A model generated the notes under the pieces. That model saw only the letters and a program-made list of their open reading frames with translations. It did no database searches and was not told the origin of the DNA. A stretch of 64,000 nt of DNA. Origin: an uncultured Chloroflexia bacterium. GTDB taxonomy: Bacteria > Chloroflexota > Limnocylindria > Limnocylindrales > CSP1-4. Shown here in pieces: positions 40,870-50,664 of the stretch. The translations under genes were made by a program, and so were the position numbers. The stretch is from contig CAVYIM010000004.1 in NCBI GenBank assembly GCA_963768655.1, positions 448,001 to 512,000 on the forward strand, read 5' to 3'. Position 1 is the first letter of the stretch, and every line of letters starts with the position of its first letter.

Positions 40870-40914
40870 CAGCCTAGCTGACTTTCGCGGGTTCGAGACC
40901 CGGCTGCCGCCCCA
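40870..40914 (+). repeat. Second degenerate copy of the tRNA-Gly 3' half (att-like site 2), anticodon deleted
   Basis: 40876-40914 matches tRNA 37744-37782 at 34/39; preceded by CAGCCT, so TCCA of the loop is missing. Confidence 0.82.
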
Positions 40915-40945
40915 CTTCCCCCAAACCGCGCCCATCGAGGTTCGG

Positions 40946-41191
40946 TTATTCCACTCGTGAACGCGGCTGGTCGAACATCTGGATCAGGGTCAGAGATTGA
41001 TCGGCGTTGGCCCGAAGGGCGTCGGATAGGGCCGCCATTTCGTACTTCGCGGTGAATTCGGACGCGTCGGGCATGTCGGGGCCGGGAACGTCGGGATTGC
41101 CGGCGACGTCCGCGATCGACGGGCTGGGCTGGCTGTTCTCCAGCTCCCGGATCCGCGACACGAGTGCCCCGATCGGGCTGATGCCGTCCAT
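40946..41191 (-). CDS. Small hypothetical protein resembling YjfB-like putative motility proteins
   Basis: MDGIS... start and C-terminal MAALSDALRANADQSLTLIQMF pattern; the family resemblance is an inference. Confidence 0.45.
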   Translation of the reverse strand: MDGISPIGALVSRIRELENSQPSPSIADVAGNPDVPGPDMPDASEFTAKYEMAALSDALRANADQSLTLIQMFDQPRSRVE

Positions 41192-41397
41192 GCCCGAGCA
41201 CTCGGGCGAATCGGCGCTGTCTTTAGGGTTTTCCCCTAGAAACGTTGTCCCGGCGCACTGTCCCGCCATGCGCCTGAGGCCCCGACCCCCTTCTCACGAG
41301 ACGATCGGCCCGGCTGGATGAGGGGATCGCAGCTGAGCCCGTTCCACCCGGCGGTCCCGCGGCCTTTGCGTGGCCTGCCGAGCGGAGTGGTGTCACC

Positions 41398-42255
41398 ATG
41401 GCGGTCATGAAAGACTCGAAATCGACGCCGCAGCTCGCTCTCCCCTTCGCCAACCGCGCGCTGATGCCACGGCGCCGCCGGCTCCGGCCGGGCAGGGTCG
41501 CGATCATCCGCCTGTACGGGACGATCGGCGGCGGAGGTCGGGCGGCCGACTGGGTCGAGATCGTCAAGGAGCTGGGCCGCCGCAAGAGCGTGCCGGCGGT
41601 CGTGCTCGACATCGATTCACCGGGCGGCTCCGCCTCCGCCTCGGACTACCTGTACCTCGCCCTCAGGCGATTGGCCGAGAAGAAGCCGCTCGTGGCCCAC
41701 GTCCGTGGAACCGGCGCGTCGGGCTCGTACCTCGCCGCCATGGCCGCGCGGCGGATCATCGTCGCCCCGTCGTCGGTGGTGGGCTCGATCGGCGTCATCT
41801 CCGCGGGCCCGCGCCTGCCGAAGCTGCTCGACCGCCTCGGCGTGCGCGTCGAGGAGCATCGCGCCGGGCGTCTCAAGGGCATGGGTGCGCCGTGGCGCGA
41901 CGAGACCGACGAGGAGGGAAGCCGCGAGCAGCAGCTCGTCGACGCGTTCTATGAGCGGTTCGTGGATCGCGTCGTCGCCGGTCGCGGGCTGGAGCGGGCT
42001 CGCGTGCTCGAGCTGGCCACGGGCGAGGTCTGGCTCGGCAGCGAAGCGGTGCACCTGGGCCTGGCGGACGCCATCGGCGACCTGGAGGACGCGATCGAGG
42101 CAGCGGCCGCGATGGCGGGCGTGCCGGCCGAGGCCTCGCCCGTTCGGCTTCGTCGTCCGATGCTGGCCCGTCTTGCCGATCGGTTCGCGACGCGGCTCGC
42201 GACCTCGATAGCGGACGAGGTGGAGGCTCGGCTGCTGCGCGATCGCTTCATGTGA
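41398..42255 (+). CDS. sppA: Signal peptide peptidase SppA (S49)
   Basis: LDIDSPGGS, GASGSYLAA, GSIGV, ATGEVWLG and LGLADAIG motifs. Confidence 0.88.
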   Translation: MAVMKDSKSTPQLALPFANRALMPRRRRLRPGRVAIIRLYGTIGGGGRAADWVEIVKELGRRKSVPAVVLDIDSPGGSASASDYLYLALRRLAEKKPLVAHVRGTGASGSYLAAMAARRIIVAPSSVVGSIGVISAGPRLPKLLDRLGVRVEEHRAGRLKGMGAPWRDETDEEGSREQQLVDAFYERFVDRVVAGRGLERARVLELATGEVWLGSEAVHLGLADAIGDLEDAIEAAAAMAGVPAEASPVRLRRPMLARLADRFATRLATSIADEVEARLLRDRFM

Positions 42256-42531
42256 GACGACCGCAGGTGGTTGGGATCAGCGGTCCGGAACGGCTACTGA
42301 CAGGTGAAGAAGGCCGTGAACGGCACGTCGTCGGTGCTGCCGGAGACGGTGCCGCTCGCCTGGTCGGCCGCTATCGTGACCCGGGCCCCGTTCGCACGGT
42401 CCCGCTCGCCGGCACACGTAAGTGGACCGGGTCGTCTGCTGGAGGTCGACGACCTGGGCGGTGAGAGAGATCCGAGCGCCGCTGCCGGTCGGGAGTCAGA
42501 CTCGGCGTCTCGGCATTTTGGGAGGATCGAC

Positions 42532-43734
42532 ATGAGGAAGGCCGCTGCCGGCGCAGCTCTTGTTGTTGTCGGCGTCGTCGTGATGGCCTGCGCGTCTGGC
42601 ATCCCGACACCTTCAGGGCGTGGAACGGCGATCGTGTCCACGAGCCCTCGCGCGACTGCTCCGAATGCCACCGCCTCGGCCGCGGTGCTTCCCGCGGCTT
42701 CACCGACGCCGGAGAGCGGCAAGTTCGCGGCAACCGGAGCGATGATCGACGCCCGATACGGCGCAACGGCGACGAGGCTCGAGGACGGGCGGGTCCTCAT
42801 CGCCGGTGGACAGGACTCGAACGGGAACCTCGCCACCTGCGAGCTCTTCGATCCGACGACCGGATCGTTCGTCGCCACAGGCTCGATGGCCGTCGCGAGA
42901 AGCGGCCATACTGCCACTCTCCTGCCCAACGGGCGAGTTCTCATTGCCGGTGGCAACACAGCGTCGGCCGAGCTGTACGACCCGAAGACCGGCACGTTCA
43001 GCCCCACCGGCTCGATGAGCACAGAACGGACGGACCACGGCGCGGCGCTCCTGCCCAACGGGCGAGTGCTCATCGTCGGAGGCGTCGGGGCGGGTTCGAT
43101 GCTCGCCTCCGCCGAGGTGTACGACCCGGCGACCGGCACCTTCCGCCCAACCGGTTCGATGCACAAGCCGCGCGGGCAATCGATGGACCAGCCGCCCGAC
43201 AGCCAGGCCGCCATCCTCCTCCATGACGGTCGTGTTCTGGTCGTTCTGGGTCGATCGGACAGCCCTGCCGATGGAGCGTCTCTCGAGGTGTACGACCCGT
43301 CGACGGGCAAGTTCACGCTCACTGGCCGGATGAAAACCGAGCGCCAGGACTACTCGGCGACGCTGCTGGCCGATGGTCGAGTCCTCGTAGCCGGGGGCGA
43401 CAATGGCGACACCGTAGCCTCGGCCGAGCTCTTCGATCCCGCCACAGGCAGGTTCAGCCCCGCCGGATCGATGAACCAGGCTCGTTTTGACCAGGCAGCC
43501 GTATTGCTCGCCGACGGACGCCTCATCGGTGGCGAGACCGGCGCCAACGACGGGGAAAGCGTGACGTCGTGTGAACTCTACGACCCGAGGACGGGCAGGT
43601 TCACCACGACGGATTCGATCGACCGAATCGACCCTACCGTAGCGCTGTTGGCCGACGGCCGCGTCCTTGTGGCGGGAGGCATCGGCAACGACTTCCCGGC
43701 CGGCACGACCTCCGCGCTGATCTACCAGCCCTGA
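42532..43734 (+). CDS. Kelch/galactose-oxidase repeat secreted (lipo)protein
   Basis: GGAGG RBS, hydrophobic signal ending VMAC, Ser/Thr/Pro linker, about six LxDGRVL.AGG...ELYDP.TG.F repeats. Confidence 0.85.
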   Translation: MRKAAAGAALVVVGVVVMACASGIPTPSGRGTAIVSTSPRATAPNATASAAVLPAASPTPESGKFAATGAMIDARYGATATRLEDGRVLIAGGQDSNGNLATCELFDPTTGSFVATGSMAVARSGHTATLLPNGRVLIAGGNTASAELYDPKTGTFSPTGSMSTERTDHGAALLPNGRVLIVGGVGAGSMLASAEVYDPATGTFRPTGSMHKPRGQSMDQPPDSQAAILLHDGRVLVVLGRSDSPADGASLEVYDPSTGKFTLTGRMKTERQDYSATLLADGRVLVAGGDNGDTVASAELFDPATGRFSPAGSMNQARFDQAAVLLADGRLIGGETGANDGESVTSCELYDPRTGRFTTTDSIDRIDPTVALLADGRVLVAGGIGNDFPAGTTSALIYQP

Positions 43735-43783
43735 CCGACCAGAGGCGATCGACACCGGCACGTCTTCTTGTGCGTGGGCAGCC

Positions 43784-44002
43784 TCAATCCCTGGATAGGA
43801 TCAGCCTGACCCGATCGACGTTGTTCGGATACAGATCGGCAGGCACACACGACTTCCCAAGCTGCTTGAAGACCATGTGCCTGGCGCATTGGCTGTTGTC
43901 GCCCAGGCAGTATCTCTTCTTGAACAGGACGGCGACGCCGGCCATGTCCTTCATCTGGTCGTTGAAGAAGAGACAGCCACCGAGACATTCGCATTCGGCC
44001 AC
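43784..44002 (-). CDS. Small Cys-rich putative metal-binding protein
   Basis: C..C.FF...YC.G...CAR...VPADLYPN pattern; AGGGGG RBS before a GTG start. Confidence 0.7.
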   Translation of the reverse strand: MAECECLGGCLFFNDQMKDMAGVAVLFKKRYCLGDNSQCARHMVFKQLGKSCVPADLYPNNVDRVRLILSRD

Positions 44003-44189
44003 CAGAATTACCCCCTACGGATTCCGTCCGTCTAGGTTTCGGCTTCCCAGTAGTGGGACTCAAGTCGGCCGGTTGGGCGCAGGCCGTGCACGGCGAACCC
44101 GGTCTCGGTCTCTGGATGAACGGTGCGGACGCCGACCACGCCAGAAATGGTGGGCGCCGGGCCTGGGGCGATGTCCGTGCGGAATTGTC

Positions 44190-44240
44190 CGCGCTTCTAT
44201 GCCGCCAAGGCGGGCGGCCGCGACCGCGTCATCGTGGATG
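44190..44240 (+). pseudogene. Relic of a GGDEF domain C-terminus
   Basis: YAAKAGGRDRVIV matches the GGDEF terminal motif; no upstream domain present. Confidence 0.5.
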
Positions 44241-44416
44241 ATGAAGCGCCGGCCGGGCCAATTGGCTCCGTCGGTCGCGTCGGTCGCGGTGACCCGGGCG
44301 GGCGGCGACACGGGTGGCCGGCGCCGGCGGACGCGGCCTTTGACCGGCTGCCCAGTTGGCAAGGACCGGCCGGCAGCGTAGCCTGACCGGCACGAAACCC
44401 GCACTCTGGGGATCCC

Positions 44417-45319
44417 ATGCCATACGGACTCGGCCGCGTTCCATCTCCTGTCGACGCGCGTGACCACAGCCTGGCGCTTCACGCGCCGGCGGTCGCCGCG
44501 GCGGCTCCGCTTTCGTCGTACGCGCCGCGCTTCCTGTGGACCGTGCTGGACCAGGACGGCCTGCCGGCGTGCGTCGGCTATTCCGGCGCCCTCGGGCGCC
44601 AGATCGAGACCATGCTCGAGGCATCGGAGGCGCTCAACTTCGATCCCGACGACCTGTACAAGCTGTGCAAGCAGCAGGATGGCTCGCCGAACACGGACGG
44701 CACGTTCATCCGAGTCGCCTGCAAGGTGCTCAAGTCGCAGGGGGGCCTGATCAAGGCCGTCCTGCCGGGGCTGACCCCGGAACAGGCTCGTGCCGTCGCC
44801 CGGGCCCAGGCGCCGGCGCCACAGCCGGCTGCGGGGCAGCAGGGCTCAACTGGGCCGGCCTCCGGCGTTCCGGCCTCGGGCGTTCCCTCGAGCGAGAAAG
44901 CCGACGCCATCATGGCGCTGATCGCCTGGATCGAAGGGTGGCGGCGACCTCAGGCCGGCCCGTCTGCCCCTCCGGCGCCCGTCCACGTCGGCGAGCGAAT
45001 CAAGATTGCCGCATACGCGCGACTGCGGACGCTGACGGAGGTGAAGCAGACCATCGCCGCTTACGGCGATGCCTGGATCGGCAGCCCCTGGAGCAAAGCC
45101 TGGTTCACGCCCGGGCCCGACGGCGTGCTACCGGCGCCGGATCAGTCCGCCGGAGGTCACGCCTACAAGTTCGTCGGCTACGACGACTCGAAGAGCGCTT
45201 TCCTGATGCAGAACTCGTGGGGATCGAGCTGGGGGTTGCTCGGCCACGCCTGGATGCCCTACCAGTACGTGTTGCTCGGCGACACGATCGAATGGGAGGC
45301 CTGGCAGACGTTCTCGTGA
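44417..45319 (+). CDS. Papain-like (C1) cysteine peptidase
   Basis: DQDGLPACVG (Q...C), GGHAYKFVGYDD (H) and QNSWGSSWG (N). Confidence 0.85.
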   Translation: MPYGLGRVPSPVDARDHSLALHAPAVAAAAPLSSYAPRFLWTVLDQDGLPACVGYSGALGRQIETMLEASEALNFDPDDLYKLCKQQDGSPNTDGTFIRVACKVLKSQGGLIKAVLPGLTPEQARAVARAQAPAPQPAAGQQGSTGPASGVPASGVPSSEKADAIMALIAWIEGWRRPQAGPSAPPAPVHVGERIKIAAYARLRTLTEVKQTIAAYGDAWIGSPWSKAWFTPGPDGVLPAPDQSAGGHAYKFVGYDDSKSAFLMQNSWGSSWGLLGHAWMPYQYVLLGDTIEWEAWQTFS

Positions 45320-45364
45320 AACGTGCGGCCGATGGCCGAGGCGCAGTGGTTATGAGGCGATCCG

Positions 45365-46360
45365 ATGGACGAGGCGAGGTTCCGGGAGCGGCTTCAGGCG
45401 AGACATATCGGGGCTGAGGAGATCGACCGATCCGTTGCCATCGTGCGCCGGTTCGAGGAGTTCCTGCAGCAGTATCGCCCGGCGGCGACCGCAGATCGGG
45501 CCACGGCCGGGGACGTCGAGCGGTTCGTCGAGGAGCTTGCACCCACGTCCGATGTCTCTGCTGACGATCTCCTGGCGATCGCTCGCTATTCGCTCCTCAC
45601 GCACAACGACCAGGTGCTCGTCGCAGTGCTCGAGCGCATTGACGGCGCCGACGTTCCCGCGAATCTCACGCGCAAGCTCGCCGAGCTCGCCGGCGACGAG
45701 TGCCGAGACGACGTGTTCGCCGGGCTGGAGACGCCGGCGATCGGGGCGACGCCCGTCGAGAAGAACGCGTTCATGCGGCAACTGATCGAGCGGCTGACAG
45801 GCCGGGTCGACGACGCCACCGTCTCCGCGGTTCTCACGAGCGGGCTCCACTACGTGCCTAAGGAGAGCTTCGCGGAGGAGCGGGAACGCTACCTGGCCGC
45901 ACCCGACATCGACTCGTTCATCGAGCAAGAGCACCGCCGCTACATCGAATTCCTGGCCGGGCTCAAGGACGCGGGCGCTCTCTACTACACGCAGCCGATC
46001 ACCGACGACGTGCTCGCCTGGGTCCGCGACACGCCCAGCTGCGGTCCCGGCCTACGCGCCGGCGCCGAGATCCACGTCACGAAGATCCCGTACCAGGCGG
46101 ACAGGTACCTGCACGAGACGGACGAGGTCCGCAGGCGCAACCTCTGCTGCCACTGCCCGTGGGCACGCGAGTCGATCCTCCATCCCGGCACCGAAGTGCC
46201 GTCCCGTTTCTGCCAGTGCAGCGCGGGATTCGAGAAGCAGTACTGGGACGCCGTGCTCGACCAGCCCGTCCGGGTCGACGTGGTGAAGTCGGCCCTGCAG
46301 GGCGATCTCCTCTGCGAGTTCGTCGTCCTCCTGCCCGCAGACGTAGTCCGGGCGGACTGA
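45365..46360 (+). CDS. Hypothetical Cys-motif protein (DUF6144-like)
   Basis: CCHCPW, FCQCSAGF and SALQGDLLCEF motifs. Confidence 0.65.
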   Translation: MDEARFRERLQARHIGAEEIDRSVAIVRRFEEFLQQYRPAATADRATAGDVERFVEELAPTSDVSADDLLAIARYSLLTHNDQVLVAVLERIDGADVPANLTRKLAELAGDECRDDVFAGLETPAIGATPVEKNAFMRQLIERLTGRVDDATVSAVLTSGLHYVPKESFAEERERYLAAPDIDSFIEQEHRRYIEFLAGLKDAGALYYTQPITDDVLAWVRDTPSCGPGLRAGAEIHVTKIPYQADRYLHETDEVRRRNLCCHCPWARESILHPGTEVPSRFCQCSAGFEKQYWDAVLDQPVRVDVVKSALQGDLLCEFVVLLPADVVRAD

Positions 46361-46434
46361 CGGCGGTCAACGGGGCGCCCGGCCTGGGCTGGGCCGCGCC
46401 GGGAGGCGCAGGCCGCCAGTACTTGGCCCGACCG

Positions 46435-47871
46435 TCAACCGGCGGTCGGCACTCCGAGCCAGAAGCGGGTTCCGTCATCATTCGGGAAGAGGAAGCCCGT
46501 CGGCCCCAACGCCCCGCCGGACAGCACCGAATCGTCGGTTGGTGGTGGGTCTCCGGTCTGGTTGAGCTTGAGCAGCTTCAAGTTGCTGTCGAAAGCCCAG
46601 ATGTGCCCGCTTATGAGGATCCCATGCTGGCCGCTCGAGTAGAGCCAACCGCAAGGGTCTGCCGTCCACTCGGCGCTCACGCTTGTCCAGGACCGACCGT
46701 CGATGGAGGTCCAGGCGGAGCACGTCCCGGGGCCGGGCGTCTCGTCGGTCGCGAGCAGCGCGTGGTCGCTGATGCGCTGGACCGAGATGAGGTCCTCCGC
46801 CGAGGCTCCATTCACCTTGCCGCGCGTCCACGTGGTCCCGTCGGCCGACCACCATGTGGCGACCGCCGCAACCTCGGGATTGCCGCATTCGTCGGTACCC
46901 TTCCCGAACACAACCCCGTTCAGGACGAAGCCGCCTGAGAACGAGACCGCGCCGCCGACCGCGGTGTTCTTGAAGGTCGCGCCCGAGAGATCGGCTTGTC
47001 GCCATGTCAGCCCGTCGGTTTAGATCCACACAGCGTCGTGACCCCCGATGTTGCCGAGGGCGACATGACCGCTGGAGCTGCCCGAGATGTCGGAGACATA
47101 CCCTCTCGGGAAGGCGCTCGCGAGGTCCAGTCGATGCCAGGTTGCCCCGCCGTCGACTGATCTCCACCATGCATCCGGCCCCGGCCACGACGGGCATTCA
47201 CCTATCCCCCTCCTAGACCACACGAGCCCGGCCGCCAAGAGGCTGCCGGGTCCCTCGGCGAGGTACTCGACATAGACGAAGTAGTCCTCGTCTGAGGTGT
47301 CCCCGATCACCATCCCGGACGTGTCCAGAGCCTTCGCTGCGTGCCAATGCAGCCCATCGGCCGAGTACCACGGCACGAGAGTGGTCGTGTCCGGCTTGGA
47401 CACGAAGTCGAGATAGCCGCCGCTCCAGCCATAAAGGTCGAAGTTGCTCATCGGGTCGTCGTCATACGACCCCACCGGCGACACCACCGGCACGGTCGGC
47501 GCGTGTCCGCCCGGTACGGCGATCCAGTTCATTCCCGTCCAGTTTCCTGACGGCGCCGGCCCGACGCTTGGCAGAGGACCCTTGGGAGCGGTCGGCTCCG
47601 GAGTGTCGGTGGGCTCGGGCGTGTCAGTGGCGGTCGCGCTGAGGGTAGGGCTCGGCGAAACGACGGGCGTCTCAGTAGGCGACGCGGTAGGTGTGGCCAC
47701 CGGGGTCTCGGTAGGCGTCGCGACGGCGGGCGGCGTGGGTTCAGTTGTCGGGCTCGGAGTGGCTGCCGCGGTGCAGGCCGCCAGGCTGCCGCTGGTCAGA
47801 AAGACGGCCAGGAGCCGCGCTGCCCTGGCGTAGTTCCGGCGACCGCCGGATGACCCTGGGATCCTCTCCAT
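46435..47871 (-). pseudogene. Secreted BNR/Asp-box repeat lipoprotein interrupted by an in-frame TAA (47020-47022)
   Basis: LAAC lipobox, PT linker, repeated WxSxDGxxW. Reads AVWI*TDGLTW and continues in frame into ORF 46435..46911. Confidence 0.8.
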
Positions 47872-47994
47872 CTCTCCCCCAATCCGGCTCAGCTCGTGGA
47901 CCCGCTTGAGACTCCCGCCCCGGTCCGGCGGTGACGGCGGTGACGGCGGCCGAACGGACGGCCGAGGGCGGCCCGCGCCGGGAATCGCGGCCCT

Positions 47995-50541
47995 CTACGC
48001 GTCCGAGAGGACCCGCGCTACTGCGGTCATCAGCTCGTCACGGCCGAAAGGCTTGGCGATGAAGTGGAATGGGGCATCAGTCGTGATCGGGCCCAGGCCG
48101 GCGCCGTATCCCGACATCAGCACGACCCGCATCGAGGGCCGTTTCTGGAGCAACCTTTCCGCCAGCGCCTGGCCGTTGGCCCCGGGCATGATCAAGTCCG
48201 TGAGGAGCAGGTCGATCGGCGCGTCCAGGCCTTCGGCCAGGGCGATCGCCTCCGCCGGCGAGGCTGTGACCATGACCCGATACCCTGCCCGCTCCAGAGT
48301 AGAGACGACCAGTGCCCGGACCGCGGGCTCGTCCTCGACGACCAGGATCGTGGCCGCGGCGACGGTGTCCGAAACCACGGGCACGGGTCGGGCGAGTGGC
48401 TCAGGCGTGGCCTGGACGCGATGAAGCAGCACCGAGACCTTCGTCCCAGCGCCGGCCGTCGACTCTGCCCAGATCTCCCCGTTTGACTGGCGGACGATGC
48501 CGTAGACCGTGGCCAGCCCGAGACCCGTGCCCGCGCCGGCCTGCTTGGTGGTGAAGAAGGGCTCGAAGGCGTGAGCGAGCGTCTCGGCGTCCATGCCCAC
48601 GCCGGTGTCGACTACCGTCAGCAGCACAGCCGGACCGGACACGGAGCCCGACCCAAGGCCGTCCGCCTCGGGCACATGGCTCACTCCGATCTGGAGAGTC
48701 CCGCCCTCGGGCATCGCGTCCCGAGCGTTGATGGCCAGGTTCACCAGGACCTGCTCGAGCTGACCCGGGTCCGCCATGACGACCGCCGGCTCGCGGTCGT
48801 GCTTGAGCACGAGCTTGATCTGCTCGCCGATCAGCCGGTGAAGCATCTGGCCCACGCCGCCGACCACTTCGTTGAGATCCACGGGCCTCGGCGCCAGCAC
48901 CTGGCGACTGGCGAAGGCGAGCACCTGCCGCGTCAATTCCGCCGCCCGGGCCCCTGCCCGCCGGATCTCCCTGGCATCCTCGGCCAGCGGGCCGTCGCCC
49001 AGCTCGGTCACGAGCAGCTCGGCGTATCCGTTCACCGCCGTGAGCAGGTTGTTGAAGTCGTGCGCGATCCCGCCGGCGAGATGCCCCATCGCCTCCATGC
49101 GGGTGGCCTCGGCGAGCTGCGCCTCCAGCCGCCGCCGCTCGGTGACGTCGATGGCGGCGATTACGCGAGCCTTCCGTCCGTTGAACAGGATGTCGTGGCC
49201 GCTGACCTCGACATCGATGATCGTGCCGTCCTTGCGGCGGTGCCGCCAGAGATCGCTCGGCCGGTAGCCCTCGCCGGGTGCGGCGACGCTGGCGAGCATG
49301 GCGTCGATGTCCTCCGGCGGCCGAATGTCGGCCAGCGTCATCCCCAGGAACTCTTCTCGCGACCAGCCGTATCTGGCTACGGCGGCGTCGTTGACGGCCC
49401 CGAAGCGCAGCGTTTCGACGTCGAAGACCCACATCGGAATCGGGTTGCTTTCGAAGAGGTCCCGGAAGCGATGCTCGGACTCGCGCAGTGCCTCCTGGGC
49501 GGCGGCCTTCTCGCGCTCGGCCTCGAATTGATCGAGGGCGAAGGAGAGGTCGCCGGCCAGCTCCTCGAACAGGCGAACATCCTCGGCGTCGAAGTAGCCG
49601 GGCTGGCTCGAGTACAGAGCGAAGGCGCCGATGGGCTTGCCGCCCAGTCGCAGCGGAAAGGCGGCGGCGGTCCGGAAGCCATGGCCGGCCAGCTGCCCGC
49701 GCCATTGCGCCATTCGCTCGTCGCCCACGGCATCCTCGACGACGACGACCCGGTTCTCGCGGATCGCGCTGCCCACGGCCCCGCGGCCGGCCGGTTCGTC
49801 CCTGGTCGATACGACGACCCCATCCAGGACGGCCACGTCGAGGCCGGCTCGGGCGACCGTGAGTATTTCGCCGTTGGGCTCGACCAGGCCGATCCAGCAC
49901 AGTTCGAAGCCGCCCACTCCCGCGGCGATCCGGCAGGCATCCGCAAACAGGTCGTCGCGATCGTGGGCCCGGACGATCGCCTGGTTGGTCTCGCTCAGGA
50001 TGGCGTAGACGCGGTCCAGCTGGACTATTCGACGCGCTGCCTGGCGGAGTGCGGTGATGTCCCAGGCCGTCACCACGAAGCCCTTGACCGTGCCGTCGGG
50101 AGCCACATCCGGCTCCATCGCGACCTGCCGGTCCACGCTGACACCGTCCTCGACGAAGCTGACGATCTCCAGCATGGGTTGCCGCGTTGCCGCCGCCCGC
50201 ACGCCGAGCTCCCTCATCCAGCGGCTTCGGGTCGGTGGAATCCCCATCTCCTCCACAGTTCGGCCGATGACCTCGTCGAGCCGCAGGCCGAGCGCCTGAC
50301 TGAGGGCCGGCGTGGCGAACAGAACCCGGCCGTCCGGGCCGAAGTAGGCGATCTGGGCGCGTGTCAGCCGCAGGACAGTGCGCAGCTCAGGATCTGACAG
50401 GGCAGCGGCGTCAGCGGGCCCGGGGACGGGGAGGGGTGCGCCGTTCGCGGGCGCCGGCGCGGCGGCAGGAACGTCGTCAGGTTGGCCGCTTCCCCCTCCG
50501 GCGGCCCCGGTGGTGCGCTCGTGGCCTCCGCCTGCGCTCAC
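47995..50541 (-). CDS. PAS-GAF-PAS hybrid sensor histidine kinase/response regulator
   Basis: GAF_2-like segment, GGIAHDFNN H-box, [20 protein letters not shown] and receiver domain. Confidence 0.92.
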   Translation of the reverse strand: MSAGGGHERTTGAAGGGSGQPDDVPAAAPAPANGAPLPVPGPADAAALSDPELRTVLRLTRAQIAYFGPDGRVLFATPALSQALGLRLDEVIGRTVEEMGIPPTRSRWMRELGVRAAATRQPMLEIVSFVEDGVSVDRQVAMEPDVAPDGTVKGFVVTAWDITALRQAARRIVQLDRVYAILSETNQAIVRAHDRDDLFADACRIAAGVGGFELCWIGLVEPNGEILTVARAGLDVAVLDGVVVSTRDEPAGRGAVGSAIRENRVVVVEDAVGDERMAQWRGQLAGHGFRTAAAFPLRLGGKPIGAFALYSSQPGYFDAEDVRLFEELAGDLSFALDQFEAEREKAAAQEALRESEHRFRDLFESNPIPMWVFDVETLRFGAVNDAAVARYGWSREEFLGMTLADIRPPEDIDAMLASVAAPGEGYRPSDLWRHRRKDGTIIDVEVSGHDILFNGRKARVIAAIDVTERRRLEAQLAEATRMEAMGHLAGGIAHDFNNLLTAVNGYAELLVTELGDGPLAEDAREIRRAGARAAELTRQVLAFASRQVLAPRPVDLNEVVGGVGQMLHRLIGEQIKLVLKHDREPAVVMADPGQLEQVLVNLAINARDAMPEGGTLQIGVSHVPEADGLGSGSVSGPAVLLTVVDTGVGMDAETLAHAFEPFFTTKQAGAGTGLGLATVYGIVRQSNGEIWAESTAGAGTKVSVLLHRVQATPEPLARPVPVVSDTVAAATILVVEDEPAVRALVVSTLERAGYRVMVTASPAEAIALAEGLDAPIDLLLTDLIMPGANGQALAERLLQKRPSMRVVLMSGYGAGLGPITTDAPFHFIAKPFGRDELMTAVARVLSDA

Positions 50542-50664
50542 AGGTCCTCTCCAGACATGCGGCTGCGCCCGCGTATACGGGCCACGATAGACGCCTCACG
50601 GGCACGCGGCAAGGACTCCGGTGGGAGGCCGCACCTGACGATGACGCCGAACGGGCAACGACCG

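Noticed and set aside
45333-45355. tRNA 5'-like GGCGCAGTGGTTA
   Set aside because: No anticodon arm, T-arm or acceptor pairing follows.
47020-47022. Stop-codon recoding (Sec/Pyl)
   Set aside because: The codon is TAA at a conserved Ser position, which fits a point mutation or error rather than recoding.
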